DNA from: a virus
Length of the DNA stretch: 64,000 nucleotides
Virus record (IMG/VR): IMGVR_UViG_3300036818_000070
Location: 1 to 64,000 of that record
Strand: one strand, 5' to 3'
Made by a program: the position numbers and the translations under genes. Below the pieces are notes generated by a model. The model was not told the origin of the DNA. It ran no database searches and saw nothing but the letters and a program-made list of their open reading frames with translations. Of this stretch, positions 47,903 to 57,580 are shown one piece after another (position 1 is the stretch's first letter; each line of letters begins with the position of its first letter).

Positions 47903-48325
47903 GTGGCTAAGACCTTCGAGGAACTCCAGGACGTGCTCCACCGAGCGCTGCCGATGCGGCCCCCGAAGTTCGAGCCGGGCACGTCCGGCCGCGAGAAGGT
48001 GTCGGCGATCGAGGACTACCTGCTGGAGTCCGCCTACATCCACGCCGAGCTGGAGGAGGCGCTGCATTGGCTCACGGCGCTCGTGGAGCACTTCAAGGAG
48101 CAGATCGACGCGATGCAGGGCTGGGAGGTTGGGCTGCCCAGCAAGCCGCGAGACAAGATCACCCGGCAGGACGTGCTTACGGCCAAACGGAAGCTGAACC
48201 CAACGCCGTTCGAGATCGGTGGCGATGCGCGCCGCACCCGCGACTCGGTGCTGCGCCAGATCGCTCGATTCGAGTACGACACGACTGTGATTTCGAGGGC
48301 ATACTCGGTGATCTCCGGTGCCTGA
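47903..48325 (+). CDS. hypothetical helical protein
   Basis: Good codon bias. Confidence 0.65.
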   Translation: MAKTFEELQDVLHRALPMRPPKFEPGTSGREKVSAIEDYLLESAYIHAELEEALHWLTALVEHFKEQIDAMQGWEVGLPSKPRDKITRQDVLTAKRKLNPTPFEIGGDARRTRDSVLRQIARFEYDTTVISRAYSVISGA

Positions 48326-48800
48326 GATACCCCTCCGCGCGAGGGATGGTTCGGTACGTGCGACGGTGACCGTCGATGACGCCGACTACGTCGAGCTGAG
48401 CAGGTACTCGTGGTGTCTGCGCGTCGGGACCACCGGCATCCGGTACGCCCAGCGCATGACGCCCCGCGACAGTGAAGGTCGGCAGACGACCGTCCTCATG
48501 CACCGTCAGGTCATGGGCTTCCCGGAGGCGAAGGTTGACCACATCAACGGCGACGGCCTAGACAACCGCCGCGAGAACCTGCGCGCAGCGTCCGACAGCC
48601 TCAACGGCTGGAACCGGCGGGGCGCCGACAGGGACAACGCCACGGGGTGCCGGGGAGTCACCAGGGCTCGGGGGCGGTTCCGCGCCCACGCGACGGTCAA
48701 GGGGCGCTATCACCACCTCGGTATCTACGACACGGCGGAGAAAGCGGCGCAGGTTGCGGCCGATTTCAGGGCCACGGTGCCCGATTTGGCGCTCTTATGA
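48318..48800 (+). CDS. HNH homing endonuclease with AP2 domain
   Basis: MHR, VDHINGDGLDNRRENLR; GVT...FRA...HLG.YDT.E.AA. Confidence 0.88.
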   Translation: MPEIPLRARDGSVRATVTVDDADYVELSRYSWCLRVGTTGIRYAQRMTPRDSEGRQTTVLMHRQVMGFPEAKVDHINGDGLDNRRENLRAASDSLNGWNRRGADRDNATGCRGVTRARGRFRAHATVKGRYHHLGIYDTAEKAAQVAADFRATVPDLALL

Positions 48801-48826
48801 CCCGATTTCAGGCAGCTAGTAGGCGT

Positions 48827-48841
48827 CCCGGCGTAGATTAG
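48827..48841 (+). promoter_or_regulatory. putative late promoter motif, copy 3
   Basis: CCCGGCGTAGATTAG; ATG 6 nt after TAGATT. Confidence 0.65.
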
Positions 48842-48845
48842 GCGC

Positions 48846-49097
48846 ATGGCACTCTTCACGCTGACCGAGCGCATCAACCTGTTGAACTCCCACCGTGGAG
48901 GGTTCGACCAGTACCAGATCGCCGCCATTCTCGGCGTCGACCTCGCCGACGTCGAAGGCGTGCTGAGCGACGCCGACTTCACGCCGACGGCGCCGCCGAC
49001 GCCGAGCCTCAACGTGAGCGGCATCCCGACGGCCGACCCGCACGTCGAGGGTGACGTCTGGTCCAACGACGGCGTGCTCACCGTAAGCGCGGGGTAA
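48846..49097 (+). CDS. small protein, paralogous N-terminus to 56391 gene
   Basis: GGFD.YQIAAILGVD.ADV. Confidence 0.7.
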   Translation: MALFTLTERINLLNSHRGGFDQYQIAAILGVDLADVEGVLSDADFTPTAPPTPSLNVSGIPTADPHVEGDVWSNDGVLTVSAG

Positions 49098-49101
49098 CCC
49101 G

Positions 49102-51660
49102 TTGGAGCCGTCCTTTCCGGCGGTCGCGCAGCCGCCGATGCGAAGCGAGCACCCGGTGGCGGGCGCCTCGGTGGTTATTGACAATCGCACGGACCTGCCG
49201 GACTCGCAGATTCGCGAGGTCGTGCGCGATCAGTGGACGGAGATCGCGGGGCTCCAGATGGGGCACCCGAACAACTTCCAGCTCTACGCAAATAACCAGG
49301 GCTCGATGCTGGCGCGCACACCGTTCCGCACGCCGTCGAGCGTCATAGATGAGATCAGGCTGGCGCGCAGCGTCGCCGACACCGATGATGACATCGGCGC
49401 GATCATCGGACAGATGAACGCCATCGCGTTCGGCGACGGACTTGTCAACCAGCATCGTGACGAGAAGACGCTGGAGTTCTTCAACCAGATCACGAAGCCG
49501 ACCGGCATGGACCTCCCGAGTGTCATGGAGGAGATGTATCGCGAGCTGCTGATCTCCTCCTCGGTCACAACGCTCACGGTCTTCAGTCGGAAGCGCATGC
49601 AGTACTGGCCACTGAAGAGTGACACCCCGATACAGGCACAGCTCCAGGTCCCGAACGTCGCCGTGCTCCCGGCCGAGAACCTTCGCGTCATCACCAACGA
49701 CATCATGCACTCCGGGCAGCTCGCCTACTTCGTTGAGGACCCGAGCCTGCGGAACTGGCTGAACGAGTACCTGGACGAGAACACCAAGGCGTCACGCAAG
49801 GCGTACATGGCGATGCAGGAGCCTGTGGTGGCCGCGCTGTTCACCGGCAAGTATCGCGTGCCGATGAACGACGGTGACATCACCTCGCGCGGGCAGACGC
49901 TCTACACACTGAACCAGGCGATGGTGAAGCGCACCACGATGCCGAAGGGTACGCAGCCGTACCCGCGCCCTCTGTTGACACGCAACTTCGCGCTCCTCGA
50001 AGCCAAGCGCCTGCTCAACATCATGGACTATGCGCTGCTTCAAGGTGGCACCAACTACATCGTTGTGGCCAAGAAGGGCTCGGACAATCTCCCGGCGCAG
50101 CAGGCCGAGGTTGACAATCTGGTCGAGCAGGTGCGTCACGCGTCACGTTCAGGCGTGCTCGTCGGCGACCACCGAGTGGACATCGAGATCATCACGCCGA
50201 CACTCACCGAGCTGCTGAACCCGAACAAGCGCAAGCTCATCGGACGCAAGCTGAAGATGGGCCTCATGCGCCAGTCCGAAGAGGTCCCCGGTGACACGGG
50301 GCCACAGGGCTCGATCAACGAGATGGAGCTGACCTCGCGCGTCATCGCCAGCGACCGCCGCAAACTGATCTCACACGCCCAGGCGACCTTCTTCGATGAC
50401 ACCGCGACGCGCAATCGCAGCGTGTTCCCGATGGGCGCGCCGCACATCTGGGCACCGAAGATCATTCTGACCAACGTCCAGCAGTTCTGGCAGATGGTCC
50501 TCAACGCCCGCGACCGCGGCGACATTCCCCGCCGCTGGGTGGTCGAGTCTCTCGGCTACAACTTCGACGCTGCCGTTGCCGAGCGCCAGCGTGAGATCGC
50601 CAATGGGGTCGATGAGATTCTCACCCCCGCGGCTGTGCCGTTCTCCAATCCCGGCGAGCCACAGGACAACGGTCCCGGACGGCCGCCCGGCACGAGCCCG
50701 AACAACGGCAGCAGCAGAGACCTGCCAGGTCAGGGCCGTGATGCTGCCGCGCCGACTCGTGTCATCCATCGCAACGCGGGGGAGACCGTGACGGCGTTCG
50801 TGGAGAACAACGAGGTCCACTACGTCGGCGAGCTGACCCGCAGGGTGCTGGAGCAGTATGGCGAGACGGCCGACTACAACGGCTACGTCGTGCAGGCCGA
50901 ACGAGACGCGATCGACTGGAACCAGACCGTCCGCTCCGGCAGCTCCGTCATCGTGCCGGTCAACCCCAACCAGCGCTGCCAGGAGTTCGCCAGCGTGAAG
51001 CTGGAGGAGGGGTTGCGCATGATCGTCGGACGCCGACTCGGCGACGGCGCGATGGTTGCCCGAGCGCTGCGCTTCCAGGAGCCGCGCTTCGATCTCAAGC
51101 GCGCCAGCGAGTACGCCATCCGCTGGGGCTTCATGGTCGCGCCGATGGTCGAGACCGCCGCGTCGAGCGCGCCGACCTGCACCAACTGCGGACTGCGACT
51201 GGACGACTACCCGACTAACCCGGTGTGTCCGTCCTGCGGCGCCGACAACACGCAGGGCGGCCCGGCCGTCGGCGAGTCATCAACCGGCGGCGTCGGGCCG
51301 TCATTGGACGACACGGCGGCCACCGACGACCTCGACCAGCGCGTCAGGACGCTTGCTGCGGAGGTCCAGCGACTGACCGTGCTACTCACCGGCAGCAGCC
51401 ACGCGCCGAGCGAGTGGATCAGCGACGCGAAGTGGCCGTACGAGAAGCGCGAGCTGGCGGTCCGTGCCGGTGACGCGCTGCCGGGCGGCCGCTTCCCGAT
51501 CATCGACCAGGAGGACGCCGACTTCGCTGCCGGTCACGCCGACCAGAGCACCATCCCGCGCGAGCAGGTCGTCTCCCACGTCATCGCAATGGTCAAGCGG
51601 CACGGACTGGAGATGCCGAAGGTCCTGGACGATGACATCAACCCACCAGACCGACAGTGA
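49102..51660 (+). CDS. portal protein with C-terminal extensions
   Basis: Position between TerL and protease/capsid; 852 aa; Pro/Gly linker, Zn ribbon, C-terminal domain shared with next gene. Confidence 0.7.
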   Translation: MEPSFPAVAQPPMRSEHPVAGASVVIDNRTDLPDSQIREVVRDQWTEIAGLQMGHPNNFQLYANNQGSMLARTPFRTPSSVIDEIRLARSVADTDDDIGAIIGQMNAIAFGDGLVNQHRDEKTLEFFNQITKPTGMDLPSVMEEMYRELLISSSVTTLTVFSRKRMQYWPLKSDTPIQAQLQVPNVAVLPAENLRVITNDIMHSGQLAYFVEDPSLRNWLNEYLDENTKASRKAYMAMQEPVVAALFTGKYRVPMNDGDITSRGQTLYTLNQAMVKRTTMPKGTQPYPRPLLTRNFALLEAKRLLNIMDYALLQGGTNYIVVAKKGSDNLPAQQAEVDNLVEQVRHASRSGVLVGDHRVDIEIITPTLTELLNPNKRKLIGRKLKMGLMRQSEEVPGDTGPQGSINEMELTSRVIASDRRKLISHAQATFFDDTATRNRSVFPMGAPHIWAPKIILTNVQQFWQMVLNARDRGDIPRRWVVESLGYNFDAAVAERQREIANGVDEILTPAAVPFSNPGEPQDNGPGRPPGTSPNNGSSRDLPGQGRDAAAPTRVIHRNAGETVTAFVENNEVHYVGELTRRVLEQYGETADYNGYVVQAERDAIDWNQTVRSGSSVIVPVNPNQRCQEFASVKLEEGLRMIVGRRLGDGAMVARALRFQEPRFDLKRASEYAIRWGFMVAPMVETAASSAPTCTNCGLRLDDYPTNPVCPSCGADNTQGGPAVGESSTGGVGPSLDDTAATDDLDQRVRTLAAEVQRLTVLLTGSSHAPSEWISDAKWPYEKRELAVRAGDALPGGRFPIIDQEDADFAAGHADQSTIPREQVVSHVIAMVKRHGLEMPKVLDDDINPPDRQ

Positions 51661-51669
51661 GGTAGTCAC

Positions 51670-52008
51670 GTGAAGCCAACACACAGCAGGCGCCGCACGG
51701 ACGCCGACATCCAGAGCGAGCTAGCCTCCGTCTTGGAGCGCGACGGCAAGGAGCTGGCGCGGCTTGAGGAGGAGTACGCGGCGCGCTGGCCGCAGGCGAA
51801 ACGCCTCCAGGCCGTGAAGGAGGGCAACGCGATGCCCGGCGGCCACTTCCCGATCGAGACGCAGGAAGACCTGAACAGCGCCGCGCGGCTCGTGGGTCGC
51901 ACGAAGCTCTCGCGCTCGGCGGTGATGACGCACATCAAGAAGATGGCCAAGAAGCACAGCCTCTCGCTGCCCGCCTCGTGGGGCGGCGGCGCCCCAGCTA
52001 CGGCCTGA
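51670..52008 (+). CDS. DUF6582-like small protein
   Basis: AMPGGHFPIETQEDLNSAARLVGR...HIKKMA. Confidence 0.6.
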   Translation: MKPTHSRRRTDADIQSELASVLERDGKELARLEEEYAARWPQAKRLQAVKEGNAMPGGHFPIETQEDLNSAARLVGRTKLSRSAVMTHIKKMAKKHSLSLPASWGGGAPATA

Positions 52009-52015
52009 CGCTAGT

Positions 52016-52030
52016 CCCGGCGTAGATTAG
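52016..52030 (+). promoter_or_regulatory. putative late promoter motif, copy 4
   Basis: CCCGGCGTAGATTAG; ATG 7 nt after TAGATT. Confidence 0.65.
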
Positions 52031-52035
52031 TGTCG

Positions 52036-53343
52036 ATGACCGCAACGCTGCTGGGCAGGCCGCATACATTCGAGCGCGGCGACAGGGTGTATCTCACCAC
52101 GCCGATTCGGATTGTTACGCCCTCGCAGCAGGAGGTCGAGGAGTTCGCGTTCGCGTCCGCGGTCAAGACGAAGGCGCCCAACGAGAACATCGGCTGGCTT
52201 GAGGGCCGCTACGTCGAGGCTGGCAATGCCAACCTCAATGGCGCGATGTGGCTCTCGAACGAGCTGGCCGTGAAGGCGCTTACGCCGATGCTCATGCCGA
52301 TCACCGTGATGCACGACCCGCGCACTGCCGTTGGCACAATCGCCGACTGCAAGCTGCAAAGCGAGACGACGTCGCGCATTGACACGGTGCTGGCGGTCTG
52401 GCGGCATCGCTTCCCCGAGGTGTGGGAGGAGGCGGAAGCGAATGTCGCGGCGGGCACGATGATGCAGTCGATGGAGTGCTACGCGCCGTGGTACACGTGC
52501 GCCGACTGCAACCAGCAGTACATCAAGCTGCCGAACGGCGCCGAGCGCGCCTCGTGGTGTGACCACCTACGGGGCAACGGCAGTTCACCCGGACGGCGTA
52601 TATTAGGCGACGTCTGCTTCACCGGAACTGGATTGATCTTCGGAACTCGGGGAGGGGTCGGCGCCTACACAGAGGCGTATCTCGACCACTTCCATGATGA
52701 GGTCGCGGAGTACCACGAACGGTCACACGCTGAGAGCACGTACACGCCGAACCACAGGAGCACAAGTCAAATGGGTCTTGTCCAGATTGAAGAGTCGGAG
52801 CTGGCAACCCTCCGCCGCGAGCGTGACGAGGCTCGTGTGGAGGCCGACACTCTGAAGAACAGCAACCGCGACCTGACGACCAAGGCCGAGCAGGCCGAGG
52901 CCGCACAGAAGGTCGCGGAGACGGCCGCCGAGGCCGCACAGAAGGCGCAGAAGGACTCCGAGGAGAAGGCGCAGGCCGCCACCCTCAAGAGCACGCGCCT
53001 GGGCGCACTCGGCGACGGCTTCATGGCCAAGCTGGGCGAGACCTCCAAGACGGTTCTCGGCGAGCTGGCGGGCACCGCTTCCGATGAGGCGTGGGAGCAG
53101 GCGGTCGCCGAGCGCGAGGAGCTGGTCAAGGCCAAGCGCGACGCCAAGGCCGACGGCACGCCCGCGCCGAAGGACGAGGGCGCAAGCACCACGGCGAACG
53201 GCTTCCAGGACGAGGAGGTCGCGAGCTTCATGGGCCGCGTCACCGCGCCGGAGGCCAGCGCCACCAACAACGACGTCAATGGCTCGACGGCCGTGCGGTC
53301 ACTCGCTCGCTCGTTCGCCAAGCCGAAGAAGACCGCCGCCTAA
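52036..53343 (+). CDS. prohead protease-scaffold fusion
   Basis: NLNG, H..R..VG, QSME, CADC..CDH; C-terminal coiled coil. Confidence 0.7.
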   Translation: MTATLLGRPHTFERGDRVYLTTPIRIVTPSQQEVEEFAFASAVKTKAPNENIGWLEGRYVEAGNANLNGAMWLSNELAVKALTPMLMPITVMHDPRTAVGTIADCKLQSETTSRIDTVLAVWRHRFPEVWEEAEANVAAGTMMQSMECYAPWYTCADCNQQYIKLPNGAERASWCDHLRGNGSSPGRRILGDVCFTGTGLIFGTRGGVGAYTEAYLDHFHDEVAEYHERSHAESTYTPNHRSTSQMGLVQIEESELATLRRERDEARVEADTLKNSNRDLTTKAEQAEAAQKVAETAAEAAQKAQKDSEEKAQAATLKSTRLGALGDGFMAKLGETSKTVLGELAGTASDEAWEQAVAEREELVKAKRDAKADGTPAPKDEGASTTANGFQDEEVASFMGRVTAPEASATNNDVNGSTAVRSLARSFAKPKKTAA

Positions 53344-53393
53344 CAGGCGCCAGGTCAAGGACCACGAGAGCCCGAGAGGAGCCCTGAAAGCAC

Positions 53394-54002
53394 ATGCCCG
53401 AGGCATTGACTCAAGTTGGCGCGTACCCGCTTCTGGGTGTTGGCCAGCTCCCCAACGTTTCCGTCGCCTCCCCTGGCGAGGTCTGGTCGCGGAAGCGCGC
53501 AAACGGGGTCATCGTCCCCGGCTCGTGCGTGCGTCCCGTCGAGGTCAACGGTGTCGATATGGTGCAGCCGGTCACGGCCGATGACACCGTCGTCGCCACC
53601 GGCAGCGGCATCCGCATCGAGCAGCTCTCCGTTGCCATGCGTCAAATCATGGTGCCGGACATCAACCCCGGCTCGCAGTACAACCCGCAGCTCGGCCCGA
53701 ACGAGATCGTCAACCTGGCGATTGCGGACAACGACTATGTCCGCGAGTACAAGACGGGTGTCCTGCACCTGACGCTGGTGAAGCCGGACGCGGACTACGC
53801 GGTCGGCGACATCGTCGGCTGGGACCCCGGCGCCGCCCGCCCCACCGGCAAGGCGACGGGCACCGGGGCCTGGGCGCGGATGGCCGACGACGAGAGCGTC
53901 GTCGCCAACACCGGCATCTTCGAGGTCCACACCAAGCCGCGTTACTACGGCTCAAACAACGAGTGCGTCCTGACTGTCCGCTTCCTGCGGAGCAACCAGT
54001 AG
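53394..54002 (+). CDS. capsid decoration/cement protein (putative)
   Basis: Position between scaffold and major capsid gene; beta-rich. Confidence 0.55.
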   Translation: MPEALTQVGAYPLLGVGQLPNVSVASPGEVWSRKRANGVIVPGSCVRPVEVNGVDMVQPVTADDTVVATGSGIRIEQLSVAMRQIMVPDINPGSQYNPQLGPNEIVNLAIADNDYVREYKTGVLHLTLVKPDADYAVGDIVGWDPGAARPTGKATGTGAWARMADDESVVANTGIFEVHTKPRYYGSNNECVLTVRFLRSNQ

Positions 54003-54051
54003 CGGCCACCACCACCGAGACGACGAGAGCCCGAGAGGAGCTACAGACGAA

Positions 54052-54990
54052 ATGGATGCCCTGGTAGAGCGCGCTCTTGCAGAGGTTGCGGCGGCCACAG
54101 ACGAGGACCGCCGTGCCCTGCTGATGAGCGAGTCCAACGGGGCGCTGGGAGCTTACTTCCGGCGCCACCCGCAGGAGATGGAAGAGGTCGCGTTCGCGCT
54201 GTTCGATCAAGCGTGGGCCGACATGATGCAGGAGGACATTCTTCCGCGCATCATCGACGTCAAGACCGTCGGGCTCGGCGAGGTTGACTGGGTGGATGAG
54301 GACCTGCGCGGCATGCACGCGTACTTCCAGGGCAAGGGCGGCCAGATTCTGTCCGACCTGCTCCGCTACCAGCGCACCCAGATGCCGCGCGAGGAGATGG
54401 CCATCGCCATCGACCTTCACCGTGACGAGATCGAACTGGACTTCTGGGGCACGTTCCAGAAGCTTCAGGACCAGGCCAACGAGAAGGTTCGTCAGCTCCC
54501 GGTCCGCCAGCTCATCACCCTGCTCCAGCAGGGCATCACGGCTGGTACGACGTTCGCCGAGGTCCCCGCCTCCACGTTGACCGCAAACAACGTGGACCCC
54601 GTGATCGACTTCGTGTCACAGCGCTCGAAGGGCAACGTCACGCTGATCGGCGCGCGCAACGCCGTCCGCGTCCTGTCCAACATCGGTGTGCAGTTCGGCA
54701 TGAACGTCGCCGAGCGCATCTTCAACGCCGGACAGGTCGGCGTCTACAAGGGCTACCCGGTGGTCGAGGTCGAGAACTTCGAGGACTTCGGCGGCAATCT
54801 CGTCGTCCCGGTCAACGAGATCTGGGTCGTCGGCCAGAACGCGGGCCGTCTGACCTACTTCGGCGCGGACCCGAAGGTGCAGCAGCTCCCCCGTTCGGGC
54901 TTCTACGTCCGCTGGGAGAGCGCACGCGACGCGGGCATGCTGCTCTACGGCGTCGGCCGCGGGCGCATCGGGCGCATCGTCTTCTCCTAA
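54052..54990 (+). CDS. major capsid protein (HK97-fold, putative)
   Basis: 312 aa, position, strong codon bias, GQVGVYKGYPVVEV. Confidence 0.75.
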   Translation: MDALVERALAEVAAATDEDRRALLMSESNGALGAYFRRHPQEMEEVAFALFDQAWADMMQEDILPRIIDVKTVGLGEVDWVDEDLRGMHAYFQGKGGQILSDLLRYQRTQMPREEMAIAIDLHRDEIELDFWGTFQKLQDQANEKVRQLPVRQLITLLQQGITAGTTFAEVPASTLTANNVDPVIDFVSQRSKGNVTLIGARNAVRVLSNIGVQFGMNVAERIFNAGQVGVYKGYPVVEVENFEDFGGNLVVPVNEIWVVGQNAGRLTYFGADPKVQQLPRSGFYVRWESARDAGMLLYGVGRGRIGRIVFS

Positions 54991-55036
54991 GACCTGACGA
55001 CAGACCGACCGTAGAACCAGAGAGGACTGACACCTA

Positions 55037-55432
55037 ATGAGCAGCGGAACTCCGCAGAACGTATGGGGCGTCAGCGCCGTCATCTCCATCGAGACGACAG
55101 ACGCGAGCGACGCCGCCACCGCCCTGACCACGGCCATCTCGGACATCAAGTCCGGGCTGACTTCGCTCGCAAACGGCACGGAGTTCTCGGTCCCCGAGAT
55201 CGACGGCTCGCCGCAGTTCGATGAGGCGGACGGCGCCAACGGCTCGTTCTCCCTCAGCGAATGCCAGCTCATCGTGGCCGCGGTCACCGAGGCGACCGCG
55301 CAGAGCGCGGCTGAGTCGGCACAGACCGCCATCAACACCGCCATCGAGTCGATCACGCCGACGGTCACCGTCACGCTGGAGCAGGAGACCGACGGGGCGC
55401 AGGGCGGCTTCGTCTTCGACCTCCTCCAGTAG
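55037..55432 (+). CDS. acidic virion-associated protein
   Basis: Follows capsid gene. Confidence 0.65.
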   Translation: MSSGTPQNVWGVSAVISIETTDASDAATALTTAISDIKSGLTSLANGTEFSVPEIDGSPQFDEADGANGSFSLSECQLIVAAVTEATAQSAAESAQTAINTAIESITPTVTVTLEQETDGAQGGFVFDLLQ

Positions 55433-55454
55433 CTCACAAGACGCACAGCACACA

Positions 55455-55499
55455 ACTTCCCCCCGGCAGCGTTCCGTCACTTCTCTGCCGGGGGGAAGT
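55455..55499. terminator. 15-bp perfect hairpin (terminator/processing site)
   Basis: ACTTCCCCCCGGCAG/CTGCCGGGGGGAAGT. Confidence 0.65.
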
Positions 55500-55534
55500 C
55501 CCTTGGTGAACACACCGCGAGAGGAGTAACGGAG

Positions 55535-56386
55535 ATGGACACAGCAGCAACACTGGCTATCGACAAGCTCGAATACCAGAACAACACGTCCGGCTGGATT
55601 GGCGTGGTCATTCTCGACCACGACGGCAAGCCGACCGGCGTCAATGTCGAGCCCGGTGGGACCATCTGGCTGTCCGAGCAGGAGGCCATTCTCACCGCCC
55701 GAGCGCCGCGACGCGCCGAGGACAACCCCTTTGAGGAGCGCGAGTACATCGTCATGAACGATGGTCGTCGCGAGCCGATGAAGATGCGTCCGCTTACGCT
55801 CGTGAGCGGCGACGCGCAGTCGGTCAAGCCCAACGACCGCTTCGTGCCCGGAGTCACGCAGGACGCCGAGGCGCGCGCTGAGATCGAGCGCGCGGCGCAC
55901 GACGGCTCACCGACCGCCATCCGCACCGACGCGCAAGTCCGCGCCGAAGCCGCCGTCACCGGCTCGACGCCCCAGCAGGGCGTGCCAGTACCACCCGCGC
56001 CGGTCATCCAGCCGGGCGCCCCCGAGGCCAGCGACGGCGAGACGGAGTACGAGGAGGGTCGCGAGAGCTGGACCGAGCCCGAGGCGCCCGGCCAGGTGCT
56101 CCAGGGAAGCCTCCAGGGCGACGACGGCGTCGAACCGGACCTGAGTGACCCGACCGAGTCAAAGCCCGGCGACGTCGTTCATCAGCAGCCCGCCGCAGTT
56201 GCGCAGACCGTGGGCGCGCAAGGCGCTCCCGAGGAGGAGCATGCGCAGCAGGTGGACCAGGGCATCGGCGAGGAGACCGGGGCCGCACGGCCCCCGGTCG
56301 GCGACCAGCCGGAGGGCGAGTACGCCATCCATGAAGAGGTCGGCACGCCGCTGAACGAGGACGACACCGAGGGCCTTATCGGCTGA
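55535..56386 (+). CDS. hypothetical protein with acidic disordered C-terminus
   Basis: SD GAGGAG/GGAG. Confidence 0.7.
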   Translation: MDTAATLAIDKLEYQNNTSGWIGVVILDHDGKPTGVNVEPGGTIWLSEQEAILTARAPRRAEDNPFEEREYIVMNDGRREPMKMRPLTLVSGDAQSVKPNDRFVPGVTQDAEARAEIERAAHDGSPTAIRTDAQVRAEAAVTGSTPQQGVPVPPAPVIQPGAPEASDGETEYEEGRESWTEPEAPGQVLQGSLQGDDGVEPDLSDPTESKPGDVVHQQPAAVAQTVGAQGAPEEEHAQQVDQGIGEETGAARPPVGDQPEGEYAIHEEVGTPLNEDDTEGLIG

Positions 56387-56390
56387 CGCT

Positions 56391-56768
56391 ATGCCGCCGA
56401 CGCTCAATGAGCGGGCCATCACTCTCTACAACCAGAGCGGCGGCTTCGACATTCAGCAGGTCGCCGCGATTCTGGGCGTCGATGCTGCCGACGTCGCGGA
56501 GGCGATCTACAACCCCGGCTATGAGATACCCGACCCCAACACTGGCGACAACGGTGGAGGGTCGGGTGCCGAGGTCCAGGTCTTCGAGTTCGAGGAGCCG
56601 TCGAGCGAGTGGGTCTGCCACCACAACCTCGGCAGGGACCCGCTCATCGCGGTGTATGACTTACAGGGCAACTTGCGTCCGTTCGTACCTGCGGAGCAGA
56701 GCGAGGACGACAACACCACAACGCTCACTCCGACTCCGCCCCTCGCGGGCAAGGTGGTAATCGCATGA
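56391..56768 (+). CDS. structural protein (HNLG-type domain)
   Basis: WVCHHNLG..P...VYD. Confidence 0.6.
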   Translation: MPPTLNERAITLYNQSGGFDIQQVAAILGVDAADVAEAIYNPGYEIPDPNTGDNGGGSGAEVQVFEFEEPSSEWVCHHNLGRDPLIAVYDLQGNLRPFVPAEQSEDDNTTTLTPTPPLAGKVVIA

Positions 56769-57580
56769 CTCTCGCCGTAGACAGCAATCTCGATTTCCAG
56801 AGCGTCAACACGGCGGTCAATCTGCCGACGCCGATCAGCTCCGGCGACGCTGCGAACAAGGCGTACGTGGATGCGGTGGCACAGGGCATCATCTACAAGG
56901 AGGCGGTTGCCGCCGTCTCCACGACGAACGTCTCGGTCGCGTCGCCCGGTGCCATCGGCTCAGCCTCGACGGGGGACCGCGTACTGCTCGCGGGGCAGAC
57001 GACTGAAAGCGAGAACGGTCTCTGGACTTGGAACGGCGCGACGTCGGCGCTAACCAGGACGCCGGACTTCGACACTGGGTCTACCCAGGAGCCGGGAACC
57101 TCGGTGTTCGATGAGGGCACTGACACGTCCTGGACACTCATCAATACCGGCAATGTGACAGTGGACACGACCGATCAGTCGTGGACGCAGACGACAAGCG
57201 CCGGGTCGCTGACCTTCGATGCGCCGCTGACACAGAGCGGAAGCACCGTGAGCCTCAACGGCGGCGACCCGCTCGATGTCACCGACGGCGGCACGGGCGC
57301 CTCGACGCCCGCTGGCGCGCGCTCGAACCTCAACGCCACCGGGAAGTATGCGACGACGGTTGGTGACGCTTCCGCCACCTCGTTCACCATTACCCACAAC
57401 CTCGGCACTACGGACATCCAGGTATCCGTGTACGACATGGCGACGGGTGCTCAGGAGCTGGTTGGCGTCACGGTCGATACCGTGAACACCTGCACGGTTG
57501 GTGCATTCGGAAGCGCTCCGGCCGCCGCCACTGGCACGATCGGCTCGGGCACGGGTAAGCGGGTCGTTGTCATCGGATGA
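56765..57580 (+). CDS. fibre-like virion protein
   Basis: DAANKAYVD, GDRVLLAGQT..ENG.W, GGTGAST..GARSNL, ITHNLGT. Confidence 0.7.
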   Translation: MTLAVDSNLDFQSVNTAVNLPTPISSGDAANKAYVDAVAQGIIYKEAVAAVSTTNVSVASPGAIGSASTGDRVLLAGQTTESENGLWTWNGATSALTRTPDFDTGSTQEPGTSVFDEGTDTSWTLINTGNVTVDTTDQSWTQTTSAGSLTFDAPLTQSGSTVSLNGGDPLDVTDGGTGASTPAGARSNLNATGKYATTVGDASATSFTITHNLGTTDIQVSVYDMATGAQELVGVTVDTVNTCTVGAFGSAPAAATGTIGSGTGKRVVVIG

